The notes under the pieces were generated by a model that worked only from the letters and a program-made list of their open reading frames with translations, was not told where the DNA came from and did no database searches. From an uncultured Bacillota bacterium (GTDB lineage: Bacteria; Bacillota; Clostridia; Christensenellales; UBA1242), in contig CAMRTM010000001.1 in NCBI GenBank assembly GCA_947053645.1, positions 105,583 through 169,582 on the forward strand: a stretch of DNA of 64,000 bases. The letters are read 5' to 3'. The position numbers and the translations under genes were made by a program. Positions 39,699-49,195 of this stretch are shown here, piece by piece (position 1 is the first letter of the stretch; every line of letters begins with the position of its first letter).

Positions 39699-39887
39699 GG
39701 ACAGACACCACTTCGACTCATAAAAACTTTAATCATTTGATGATTAAAGTTTTTATTTTTACGCGGACACGCCTTGTATTGCAAGTCTAACTCGCTGTCT
39801 CGTGGTTTCTCCACCTAGTCCTCTTCCATAAGAGGGGCGGAAACCCCAATGTTTCCGCGATAATATTTTTGGACAGACACCACTTCG
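39699..39887. repeat. 17-bp direct repeats flanking a palindrome-rich unit
   Basis: GGACAGACACCACTTCG at 39699-39715 and 39871-39887; perfect 17-bp hairpin at 39720-39756. Confidence 0.75.
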
Positions 39888-39914
39888 GCTAAACTAGTGA
39901 TGATGAAGTAGAAT

Positions 39915-39944
39915 AAAAAAAGAAGGTTTCTACCTTCTTTTTTT
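39915..39944. terminator. Bidirectional terminator
   Basis: AAAAAAAGAAGGT-TTCT-ACCTTCTTTTTTT between convergent genes. Confidence 0.8.
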
Positions 39945-40653
39945 ATTCTTCAGTCTTATCTTCGTGAATTTCGGGATTGGCAACTTCTGCTGGACGAGTA
40001 TCGCGAGTAGAAAGCGTTTTTTCTATCGCTGGTATGCCCAGATTGAGTTTTGTGAACTTACCCAAAGTATAATGGATGAAGAACAGCATTGCTCCCCCAA
40101 AGTTGCAAAACATATCCTTTAATGTATCCCAAAGTTCTGGCCCGTTTTGTGCATTTGTGCCAAATAATCTATCTACCGTAAATTCACTTAGTTCCCATAT
40201 AAACTCTACGCTTAGCGAAAACATAAAACAAAATATTATCACAAGCCATGGATTTATCTTCTTGTATTCTTGAAGGCGCGCAATAATAAAGATTCCACAC
40301 ATTGCAACAAGATATCCCATGATTATATGCACAGGTGTGTCAAACCACCATACTGTGTTATATATATTGCAAGCTGCTCCTATCAAAGACGCAACTAGAA
40401 AATATATCTGATAAGCAAGAAAAATTATGGGATTAAATCTAAACCTAAAAATTATTTCTAGAAGGAACGGAGCTAGCGCTATTCCTATCGTAATGCCTGA
40501 AATACTTAATCTTCTATCTGGGTCACCAATTAATGAATAATAGATAATTAACCCAATAGATGCAAGCACAATAGCAAGCATTAAAGATAAATTTACTACA
40601 CGAAATATTTTTTGACTTTTTGACAGTTGTTTAAATCTTATCATTTTTCTCAT
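39943..40653 (-). CDS. Multi-pass membrane protein, DUF2238/YjdF-like
   Basis: WWFDTPVHIIMG, EFIWELSEF and DTLKDMFCNFGGA motifs. Confidence 0.65.
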   Translation of the reverse strand: MRKMIRFKQLSKSQKIFRVVNLSLMLAIVLASIGLIIYYSLIGDPDRRLSISGITIGIALAPFLLEIIFRFRFNPIIFLAYQIYFLVASLIGAACNIYNTVWWFDTPVHIIMGYLVAMCGIFIIARLQEYKKINPWLVIIFCFMFSLSVEFIWELSEFTVDRLFGTNAQNGPELWDTLKDMFCNFGGAMLFFIHYTLGKFTKLNLGIPAIEKTLSTRDTRPAEVANPEIHEDKTEE

Positions 40654-43238
40654 AGATTTTTTAACTCCAAATTCAATTTCTCTAATAGTTCTTTATTCTT
40701 GTCAAGTTTTTCATTTTCTTTATCTACAAGTGCTTTAGGGGCCTTACTTATAAAACCAGCATTAGCAAGCATTTTCTCTGAGCGTGTGATTTCAAATTTA
40801 ACTGATTCTATCTCTTTATTGAGTCGCGTCTTTTCCTTCTCTATATCGCGTGAAATTGGAATATATACATTAGCAATTTCACTGATTACCTTTATGCACT
40901 CCTGTGTTGGCTCTTCCATTACGATTTCAGTACCAAAGCCAAGTTTTACGATATCATTCAAACTTTCTTTAATAAGTTTATCGTTTGATAAAATTTGCAT
41001 ATAAAGTTTTGTGCGCATATTATCTGGCATCTGGAATTGTGAACGCACCGCCCTTATCTGTTTTACTAGATTTATTACCTTATCATAATCATTTTTTAAT
41101 CCCTTTACTTCAACCTTTTTTGGATAGGCTGAAAACATAATTGTTTCATCATGAACAGGAAGATTTTGATATATATATTCAGTTACAAATGGAATATAAG
41201 GATGGAAAAGTTTTAAAAGCACTGTATACACATAAAGTAGTACATTTTGGGTGGTTGTTTTCTTATCTTGGTCATTCCCATAAAGGTCATTTTTAGCACC
41301 CTCCAAATACCAATCGCAGAACCTTGCGGTTGTAAATTCAATAAGATTTGATACCGTCACTCCTAGTGCATACTTATCGGTATTTTTCGTCACGGATTTT
41401 ATGAGTTTATCAAGGCTAGAAAGAATCCATTTATCTCTTTGTTGGAGTTTAAGCTCACTAAGCGGTATAACTTTTATCCCCTCTACATTTTGAAGAACAA
41501 ATTTTCCCGCATTATAGAGTTTATTTATAAATATCTTCGCCTCTTTTGCCTTATCTTCACTATACTTTATATCAGTACCCATACTCATTCCGCTGACAAG
41601 TGATAATCTTAAACTATCAGCACCATATTTCTCTACCATGTCTATTGGGTCAATTCCATTACCGAGATGCTTTGACATTTTCATTCCCTTTGCATCCCTG
41701 ACAATACCATTAATTACAACATTTTTAAATGGTACTTTCTTCATAAATTCAAGACCAGAGAATACCATTTTTGAAACCCAGAATGTAATAATATCTTGTG
41801 CTGTAACAAGTGTTGAAGTTGGGTAATAATATTCCAAATCTTCTGTTTTATCAGGATAGCCGAGTACTGAAAATGGCCAAAGGGCAGACGAAAACCATGT
41901 GTCAAGAACATCGGTTTCTTGTAAAAAGCGTCTGCTGTGACATTTTGGACACTGGTCTGGGGTATTCTCACTTGCGAATGTATGTTCACAGGCTTGGCAG
42001 TTGTATACTGGCAGTCTATGACCCAGCCAAATTTGTCTTGATATACACCAGTCCTGTGTGTTTTCAAGCCAATTTAAATAGGTCTTTTCAAAGCGTTTTG
42101 GAACAAATTTAATATCCCCTTTCTTCACTGCCTCGACTGCCGGCTTTACAAGGTCAGTCATCTTTACAAACCACTGAGTTGAAATTTTTGGCTCAGTGAA
42201 TGAGCCACATCTATCACAGGTGCCTACTTGATTTTTATACTTCTCTACCTTTACAAGGTATCCACCCTCTTTAAGAGCCTTCTCTATCTCAGGGCGCGCT
42301 TTTATTCTATCCATTCCTTCAAATTTACCCGCAATTTCAGTGAGTTTTCCATCATCATCTATACAGGTGACTATTTCAAGGTTATGCCTTAAACCTACCT
42401 CATAATCATTTGGGTCATGGGCTGGCGTAATTTTTACAGCACCAGTACCAAAGCCAATTTCGCAATATTCATCGCCAATAAGTTTTATCTTCTTTCCAAC
42501 AAGTGGAAGAATTAAATCCTTGCCTATCTTATCTTTATACCTTTTATCATTTGGGTTTACTGCAACTGCGGTGTCACCAAAGATTGTTTCTGGGCGGGTT
42601 GTTGCAACAGTTACATAGCCACTGCCGTCAGCATACGGATAGCGTATATGCCACAGGTTTGTGATTTGGTCGATATGAACATTTTCATTATCACTTATAC
42701 TTGTATGGCAATGTGGGCAGTAATTTACCACCCTCTTTCCTTTATAAATAAGCCCTCGGTTAAAATAATCAACAAAAACATGTCTTACAGCCCTTGAAAG
42801 ATTTTCATTCATTGTAAAGGCAAGTCTTTCCCAGTCACATGATAAACCAATAGACTTGAACTGGTCTATTATTGTATTGCCATAATCTTTATACCACTGC
42901 TGTCCTATCTCCAAAAACTTTTCGCGCCCTACCTCGTCCTTTGTGAGGTTTTGTTTGGCAAGATGCTTTACTATCATCTCCTCGGTGGCAAGAGCAGCAT
43001 GGTCGGTACCCGGCACCCAGAGTGCATTATACCCCTGCATCCTCTTTGTCCTTATAAGAATATCCTGAATTGTAGTATTCAGAGCGTGTCCAACATGTGC
43101 CTTTCCTGTTACATTTGGCGGTGGCATTACAATTGTATAACTCTCCCTCTCATCTGGAGTTGGCGAAAAATATCTCTTATTAAGCCAATTTTCATATATT
43201 TTCTTTTCAAATTCTTGTGGGTTATATGTCTTTTCCAT
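40650..43238 (-). CDS. valS: Valine--tRNA ligase
   Basis: PPPNVTGKAHVGH, DWCISRQIWLGHR, KMSKH and a C-terminal coiled coil. Confidence 0.98.
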   Translation of the reverse strand: MEKTYNPQEFEKKIYENWLNKRYFSPTPDERESYTIVMPPPNVTGKAHVGHALNTTIQDILIRTKRMQGYNALWVPGTDHAALATEEMIVKHLAKQNLTKDEVGREKFLEIGQQWYKDYGNTIIDQFKSIGLSCDWERLAFTMNENLSRAVRHVFVDYFNRGLIYKGKRVVNYCPHCHTSISDNENVHIDQITNLWHIRYPYADGSGYVTVATTRPETIFGDTAVAVNPNDKRYKDKIGKDLILPLVGKKIKLIGDEYCEIGFGTGAVKITPAHDPNDYEVGLRHNLEIVTCIDDDGKLTEIAGKFEGMDRIKARPEIEKALKEGGYLVKVEKYKNQVGTCDRCGSFTEPKISTQWFVKMTDLVKPAVEAVKKGDIKFVPKRFEKTYLNWLENTQDWCISRQIWLGHRLPVYNCQACEHTFASENTPDQCPKCHSRRFLQETDVLDTWFSSALWPFSVLGYPDKTEDLEYYYPTSTLVTAQDIITFWVSKMVFSGLEFMKKVPFKNVVINGIVRDAKGMKMSKHLGNGIDPIDMVEKYGADSLRLSLVSGMSMGTDIKYSEDKAKEAKIFINKLYNAGKFVLQNVEGIKVIPLSELKLQQRDKWILSSLDKLIKSVTKNTDKYALGVTVSNLIEFTTARFCDWYLEGAKNDLYGNDQDKKTTTQNVLLYVYTVLLKLFHPYIPFVTEYIYQNLPVHDETIMFSAYPKKVEVKGLKNDYDKVINLVKQIRAVRSQFQMPDNMRTKLYMQILSNDKLIKESLNDIVKLGFGTEIVMEEPTQECIKVISEIANVYIPISRDIEKEKTRLNKEIESVKFEITRSEKMLANAGFISKAPKALVDKENEKLDKNKELLEKLNLELKNL

Positions 43239-43262
43239 TTTTTCTCCGCTTTTAATAGATTA

Positions 43263-43291
43263 AGTATATATTTTTACTTTTAAAAAAGCAA
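43263..43291 (-). promoter_or_regulatory. sigmaA promoter of valS
   Basis: TTGCTT-N17-TATACT about 25 nt upstream of the ATG. Confidence 0.6.
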
Positions 43292-43303
43292 ATAAAATCA
43301 TTT

Positions 43304-43546
43304 TTATTTTATCTCCAAATCTTTAAAGTCAAAATATGAGCAATCAAAAAATTCAGCGAATGACAATCCCAATGCCCTGATTATTAATGCCATATTTTTA
43401 AAGTTTGGAGTTTCATATTTACAATTCAATATATCTGTCATTGTACTATGATAAAGACCCGTTTCTTGGGCAAGTTTATATTGTGTTAGTTTTTTCTCTT
43501 TTAAAAGTTCTCTTACTCTTAATGCAAATGCTTTATTCAATTTCAT
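43304..43546 (-). CDS. XRE/Cro-C1 HTH regulator
   Basis: RVRELLKEKKLTQYKLAQETGL...EFFD; paralogue of 51019 and 51285. Confidence 0.85.
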   Translation of the reverse strand: MKLNKAFALRVRELLKEKKLTQYKLAQETGLYHSTMTDILNCKYETPNFKNMALIIRALGLSFAEFFDCSYFDFKDLEIK

Positions 43547-43562
43547 ATTTCATTCCTCCTTA

Positions 43563-43579
43563 TATAGTTTTTCACTATA
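43563..43579. promoter_or_regulatory. Palindromic operator TATAGT-N5-ACTATA
   Basis: Immediately upstream of the XRE gene RBS; same geometry as the TACAGT-N5-ACTGTA sites at 55158-55461. Confidence 0.45.
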
Positions 43580-43707
43580 TATACATTTTACACTACATTT
43601 TTCTTTTAGCTATTTAAGGAAAAACGGGTATTTTGCTAGATTTTTTAAAATTTTTATGCTATAGTATTTATGGAAAACCGAAACAGTTTTCTAAAAGGAG
43701 GTGGAAA

Positions 43708-43953
43708 ATGTATAGATACAAGGGTGAAAATTCCGCTTTTGTTAAGAGATTGAAACTGCTTATGGATGAGAACAACACTAGCATAGAAGAACTTTCTGTA
43801 ATTACTGGAATGAGCATACTAGAATGCGACAAAATGCTGAGAGGTAAGGATGTCACTTTTGATGTTTTGATTAATCTTGTTTTACATTATAATGTGGCTT
43901 GTGATTTTATTCTTGGACTTAGTGTTGACAGAGAGAGAAAACGCTGTCGCTAG
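43708..43953 (+). CDS. XRE-like HTH protein, copy 2
   Basis: AGGAGG RBS then ATG 43708; near-identical to 24907. The stop codon TAG overlaps the first REP. Confidence 0.7.
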   Translation: MYRYKGENSAFVKRLKLLMDENNTSIEELSVITGMSILECDKMLRGKDVTFDVLINLVLHYNVACDFILGLSVDRERKRCR

Positions 43954-44061
43954 ATTTCTCCGCTACACTGCGTTTCGGTCGAAATGACATGGGGTGAGAA
44001 TAGATTTCTCCGCTGCGGTCGAAATGACAAATAGTAAAAACAGGCTTTGGTCGAAATGACA
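43952..44061 (+). repeat. REP-like cluster (3 units)
   Basis: Two full AGATTTCTCC...GTCGAAATGACA units and one 3' half. Confidence 0.88.
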
Positions 44062-44208
44062 TGAAAAGAAAGCAAATGTTTTTTAAGCGACTTCTGCGGG
44101 CAAAGCCGAGGACTTAGCAAAAAAATATTTGCTTTCTTTTACTATTTTAACAAATTTTGTAACCTTGCCTATTAATTTTCCATATCATGGAGTTTGTAAG
44201 GAGGAAAA

Positions 44209-45207
44209 ATGCGATACTTAAAAAGTATATCTCTTTTCTGTCTATGCTTCCTTATAGGCCTTGCAAGTTGTCTATTCGTAGCATGTGGAAAAGATGAAAA
44301 TGAAATAAAAATTAACGAAGTAACTCACAGTATCTTCTACGCCCCTCTATACGCCGCAATTAATCTCGGCTATTTTGAAGAAGAAGGTCTTAAAGTTACA
44401 CTCGAAAGCAATGATGGTTCACACACATCAATGAGCGTCCTTCTCAGCGGAAATTGTGAAGTCGCTTTGGTTGGGCCTGAAACAGTGGTTTATGCTAACG
44501 AAACTAAAGACAAACCTTTAGTGTTTGGGCAACTTACACAAAAAGACGGCTCTTATATTGTAAGCAAAACACCTATCGAAAACTTTACCCTTGATATGCT
44601 TAAAAACAAGACTATTATTGGTGGTCGTGACGGTGGGCTTCCTGCTATGACCCTTCAATATGTAATTGAAAACGCGGGGCTTAAAATTGGAACTGGCGAA
44701 GACGAAGTCAACCTAAGAAAAGATGTGCAATTTGCAAATATTGCAACTGAATTCCGTACAACTGACAACGAATTCTGTACCCTATTTGAGCCAACTGCAA
44801 CTACCCTACAAAATGCTGGTGCCGGTTACATTGTTTCATCTGTTGGAGAGTTCTCTGGCCTTGTGCCTTACACCTGCTTTGTTGCTAAGGAAAGTTATCT
44901 AAAATCTCATCCTGAACAGGCGGAAAAATTTCTTAGAGCAGTAATGAAAGGCTATACCTATCTTACCACAAAAGAAGCGTCACTTGGTGCCGCTGCACTT
45001 AAAAAATCTTTCCCTGCAATGAGTCAAGGCGAACTTGAAATTGCTGTTAAACAATATAGCGACCTAAAGGCGTGGAGTCCTACACCAAAGATGGAAAAAT
45101 CTTCTTTTGAAACACTTGTGAAGATTATTAACCAATGCTCTGGCAAGACATACAACCCTGTCTTTGAAAACTGTGTTGATAACAGCATAGCAGAAAAGTT
45201 AGCATAG
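44209..45207 (+). CDS. NMT1/THI5-like ABC substrate-binding lipoprotein
   Basis: Lipobox FVAC, EVTHSIFYAPLYAA, GQLTQKDGS and GGRDGGLPAMT. Confidence 0.88.
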   Translation: MRYLKSISLFCLCFLIGLASCLFVACGKDENEIKINEVTHSIFYAPLYAAINLGYFEEEGLKVTLESNDGSHTSMSVLLSGNCEVALVGPETVVYANETKDKPLVFGQLTQKDGSYIVSKTPIENFTLDMLKNKTIIGGRDGGLPAMTLQYVIENAGLKIGTGEDEVNLRKDVQFANIATEFRTTDNEFCTLFEPTATTLQNAGAGYIVSSVGEFSGLVPYTCFVAKESYLKSHPEQAEKFLRAVMKGYTYLTTKEASLGAAALKKSFPAMSQGELEIAVKQYSDLKAWSPTPKMEKSSFETLVKIINQCSGKTYNPVFENCVDNSIAEKLA

Positions 45208-45261
45208 ACATAATTAGATTTATTACCCCTTTCTTTCCTATTCCTATTTGTAATAAATATT

Positions 45262-45291
45262 AAAAAAACACTAGAATTTCTAGTGTTTTTT
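45262..45291. terminator. Bidirectional terminator
   Basis: AAAAAAACACTAGA-ATT-TCTAGTGTTTTTT. Confidence 0.8.
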
Positions 45292-45294
45292 ATT

Positions 45295-47589
45295 TTAATA
45301 ATAGAAGTCTTTATAATCTGCCTGTTTCTCTTTTGGCTGTTTTTTCTTATTTGTTTTATTTGTTGCACTATCATTCTTAAATTTTGCGTTCATGTATCTA
45401 TACCTTCTAAGTACAAAGAACAATACTAGCCCTACAACAATTAAGACAACAACTATAGGAAGAGTTATCCAAAGCCACAAAAGATTACCTTCTTCCTCTA
45501 CAATCTTTACCTTTGTATAAACATTAAACACTACATTCATATTAGTTGGCTGATTACTATTTATATCTCTCATATTGAGATAGATATAATAGATAGTTTC
45601 ACCGCTTTCATTTTCTTGTGGAGGAGATGGAATAAGTGTACCAACATTATTATTTCCATAGAGTGATGATACTACGCTTTTTAGTCTATCAACATCAAGT
45701 TCATAGCCTTCCTTTACGCTGACAACAAGTTCTGCCCTCGTTTCAGTAGGAGAAGCCTTTATTCCCGCGTCTGTCATATCATTGCCACGAAATTTTATTG
45801 ATGTGACATTTTCATCCCCTCTTACATTTACTATAAGTGCTTTTTGATCGGTGTATTTGGCAACGAGTTTGAAAGACCTATCAAATGCCTCACTGCTTCC
45901 AAACATAATTTCGATTTGTGAGTTTGAAGAGAAGTTATCAGATTGTTTTTCCCAAAACTGCTCACTTCCTTCCCCAATATTTGCTTCTTCACTGCCTGTC
46001 CAATAATATAATTCCCATTTCTCTGGTGTATAAATGGAGTGTACATCAGTTTCAGAAACTATTGTTTGACGCTGAGATTCATTGCGAGCATATGTGAGAT
46101 TTAATTCAAGTGATGATGAAAGAACTCTATCGCCAAGGCGTTTTACTCCGCCCATATTTATATCTGAACTTACTACAAAACATTTGAAAGGTATGGCTTC
46201 CATTTTGAAAGAGTACTTACCGTCTGTCTTATCATTTGCATCAAAACTTACAGTATAACCGTCACGAGTTTGCTCCGCCTCATACTCATTCATTGGACTA
46301 GAATTGAGGAGGACTTGTTTTAATTCAAAATACCCCCTATAATCTTCGTTTATTATTAAATCTACCCTTACTTTATCGCCATACTTACAGCTGGACTCTA
46401 TTATACTATTACTGCTTATTATTCCATCTGCATCAAGAAAATCATTGAAAGAATATTCAAACATCTGAAAACATTGAAGATGTAATTTTGAAGTACCATT
46501 CTCCTCGTTTAGCATTATCCATGTATAATCAAAGTCCCATTCGCCATAACGCTTATGCCATCTTTCCGATTGCTGAGTGTAGAATGAACGGGTTATTTCT
46601 TTTACCCAACTTACTTTAGTTTCATCATAAGTATATACACTATTTTCTGCAAATGCCTTTTCAAAATTTTCATTTGTATAGTAGCAATTTGATAAATCTA
46701 TTTGATTTGCATCTACAAGAGTAGAAATTCTGCCTACTATTGCGCCGGTAAAGTCGCTTGCATAATTTCCTTCCTCTCTTTGTCTTATATCGCCTTCATA
46801 GGTAAGGTTATATGCTTTAGTTGTACTTCCCTCTACCTCTCCTATTATTCCGCCGTTGTAGAATGTTATATTGGAACTACTTTCAGTTGCCGCAAATACG
46901 ATATCTCCAAGAGCGCTACAAAAACTTACATTTCCGTCATGGAGGCGTCCAACTATTCCTCCCGCTCTCATTAAATTATTTGCTGACAGCGAGGTGGACA
47001 ATTCTACACTTGCATGATTTACAGAATTTGTTATCATACTTTTACTATCTACAACCGCTCCGGCAATGCCACCAAAGGTAAATTGAGTGGTAAAACTTAG
47101 AGTTTCATTTCCGATAGTTTTGTAATTTACACTTATGATTTCACAGTTTTTAATAACTCCACCATTGGAAACAAGCCCTGCCACCGAACCGACATTTACC
47201 GGCGTTTTTACTGAGTTTACAAGGTTATATTCAATAGTGCCACTTATCTTTAAATTTGAAATTGTTCCACCATTTAAATGATTTACTAATCCATAATTAT
47301 GATTTTCAGATGTCACACCAAAATTTGAAATTGCATAACCGTTACCATCGAGTTTACCAGAAAATGTGTCGATTTGAATGGTTTGATTAGCAAAGTTTAA
47401 GTCGTTGGTTAATTTAATGGTAGTATCTGCATTCGCTTTATTCATTTCAGATTTGAATTCTTCAACGGATGATACCTTTATCTCATTCGCAACTATATCA
47501 TCAGCCGCATTGGTAAAGATTGGAGAGATAAAAACCCCACCAAGCGAAATAATTATTGCAAAGATAAACAAACTTATTTTTTTCATCAT
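45295..47589 (-). CDS. Secreted, C-terminally membrane-anchored protein with GLUG-like repeats
   Basis: Signal peptide, FSGKLDGNGYAISN, repeated GGIAG/GGIVG/GGIIG motifs, C-terminal TM and basic tail. Confidence 0.8.
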   Translation of the reverse strand: MMKKISLFIFAIIISLGGVFISPIFTNAADDIVANEIKVSSVEEFKSEMNKANADTTIKLTNDLNFANQTIQIDTFSGKLDGNGYAISNFGVTSENHNYGLVNHLNGGTISNLKISGTIEYNLVNSVKTPVNVGSVAGLVSNGGVIKNCEIISVNYKTIGNETLSFTTQFTFGGIAGAVVDSKSMITNSVNHASVELSTSLSANNLMRAGGIVGRLHDGNVSFCSALGDIVFAATESSSNITFYNGGIIGEVEGSTTKAYNLTYEGDIRQREEGNYASDFTGAIVGRISTLVDANQIDLSNCYYTNENFEKAFAENSVYTYDETKVSWVKEITRSFYTQQSERWHKRYGEWDFDYTWIMLNEENGTSKLHLQCFQMFEYSFNDFLDADGIISSNSIIESSCKYGDKVRVDLIINEDYRGYFELKQVLLNSSPMNEYEAEQTRDGYTVSFDANDKTDGKYSFKMEAIPFKCFVVSSDINMGGVKRLGDRVLSSSLELNLTYARNESQRQTIVSETDVHSIYTPEKWELYYWTGSEEANIGEGSEQFWEKQSDNFSSNSQIEIMFGSSEAFDRSFKLVAKYTDQKALIVNVRGDENVTSIKFRGNDMTDAGIKASPTETRAELVVSVKEGYELDVDRLKSVVSSLYGNNNVGTLIPSPPQENESGETIYYIYLNMRDINSNQPTNMNVVFNVYTKVKIVEEEGNLLWLWITLPIVVVLIVVGLVLFFVLRRYRYMNAKFKNDSATNKTNKKKQPKEKQADYKDFYY

Positions 47590-47673
47590 CGCCTCTAGTT
47601 ACAATTTACCATATTAAATTTATTTTTCCAAATAAATTGCAAATTATTTTACTTTTTATGACAAATTACCTAC

Positions 47674-49107
47674 CTAATAATTTATTTTTCTTTGCAACCT
47701 CACCTTTCTTAACAACTTTTCTTTATGCTTTTGTACCTCCGTTTCCACCTCCTTCTTTCTATTCTCAGGTCTACTCATAATGAAATAGCGTAGTTCATCC
47801 ATGGCGTGGTCATCCTTTTTTACAGGGCTATCTTCATTCCCCCAAAAGTATCCTTTTATCTCTCTAATCATATTTATACAGTTTTTAAATATAAAAAGTT
47901 TACTTTTTCCTTCCGCATTTTTTAAGTAACTTTTAACCCTATTTATTCCAACAAACACATCTTTATTGACATTTGTATTTACGATAATTCCATTTTCGTA
48001 GAATAGTTGGGCGACACTTTTGCTGCTTGCAAGCGTTCTTTGATTGGCAGCAGAGTCAATAAGCGCCTCATACATTCCATGATAACTTGTATGCCAATTT
48101 AGTCTTTGGCAAATCTCTTTTATCCTTTGAGCATGATAATCGACAAACTTTCCTCTCTCATAATGCTCTGCAACAACATAAATATTTCCGTCATAATCCA
48201 CAGCATACCAATGCACAGAAGTGTAATTATTAAGTCCCGGATCTATCGCAATTTTACACTGCCAATCAAGTGGCACTTCAAAAGGGTCGATGACATTGAC
48301 ATTTTCATCAAATTCAGGATATACCATTCCCCCGTACTGTATAAATTTACCAAAGCGTCGACTTTCAAGTTCTTCCTCGCTCATGCTTTGACACATGAGC
48401 CGTACCTCCTCTTCATTGAGGTAGGGATTATCCGCCCATTCCATTTGTTCGTACCACACTTCGCTATCATTATTCTCATTCAGATATATCTTATTATATA
48501 CCCAAGTCAATCCTTTAAGCGGAGTCATGGTGCCGAAAATATGACCGCATCTATCTAGGACACGCATACGGCACTCTTCATATATATCATATGGTGGCTC
48601 TTCATCAAACCAAACAAAATCTAAAGAACTGCCCTGAAACTTCTCTCGTCCTTGGTCGCAACTTTTAAATGCAATCTTACTAGTACCACCAAGTGCATTT
48701 TTCACTATTATGAAATCTATTATGCCGTGGTTTGCACTATCTGATCTTCCACTAGACATCACAATTTCTACTATTTGGTCGCTTCTAAGATAATACAATA
48801 TCTTCGCTTGGGCGACCTCCCTTTGCACCTGTCTACTTACACTTACTACCCAGCATGAAATGTCCTTCTTATTCTCCCTATATGGATGTATTCCCCTCGC
48901 AAGCCACACGGTTTCTACTGCTCCACATTCGGTTTTGCCACTTCGATTGCCGCCAAACACCCAGCGGTTTTTCTTTTTGCATTTGTGGAAAGCCATTTGT
49001 TTCTTATGTACCCTCTCTCCACTATTATATTTTAAGAGATTATCTTCCTTCTTACGCCTCTCTATTTCTTTATTTATTAAGAATAATTTTTCAAGCCCCT
49101 TTTCCAT
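47674..49107 (-). CDS. Phage-type terminase large subunit (Terminase_6-like), orphan
   Basis: Walker A GGNRSGKT, Walker B VWFDEEP, coupling motif TMTP, DNPYL, and nuclease acidic motifs IAIDPG and DDHAMDELRY. Confidence 0.9.
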   Translation of the reverse strand: MEKGLEKLFLINKEIERRKKEDNLLKYNSGERVHKKQMAFHKCKKKNRWVFGGNRSGKTECGAVETVWLARGIHPYRENKKDISCWVVSVSRQVQREVAQAKILYYLRSDQIVEIVMSSGRSDSANHGIIDFIIVKNALGGTSKIAFKSCDQGREKFQGSSLDFVWFDEEPPYDIYEECRMRVLDRCGHIFGTMTPLKGLTWVYNKIYLNENNDSEVWYEQMEWADNPYLNEEEVRLMCQSMSEEELESRRFGKFIQYGGMVYPEFDENVNVIDPFEVPLDWQCKIAIDPGLNNYTSVHWYAVDYDGNIYVVAEHYERGKFVDYHAQRIKEICQRLNWHTSYHGMYEALIDSAANQRTLASSKSVAQLFYENGIIVNTNVNKDVFVGINRVKSYLKNAEGKSKLFIFKNCINMIREIKGYFWGNEDSPVKKDDHAMDELRYFIMSRPENRKKEVETEVQKHKEKLLRKVRLQRKINY

Positions 49108-49195
49108 TTCTACTCCGTCAAATAAAACCTAAAATGTCTACAAAAAGACAATTTATTGTTATCTATATAAAATATTTTTGTTTTACAATATCTTC

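Noticed and set aside
8467-42112. Numerous + strand ORFs antisense to housekeeping genes (e.g. 11540, 14410, 21682, 25405, 26989, 41810)
   Set aside because: Shadow ORFs from codon bias of the real minus-strand genes; no RBS or recognisable motifs.
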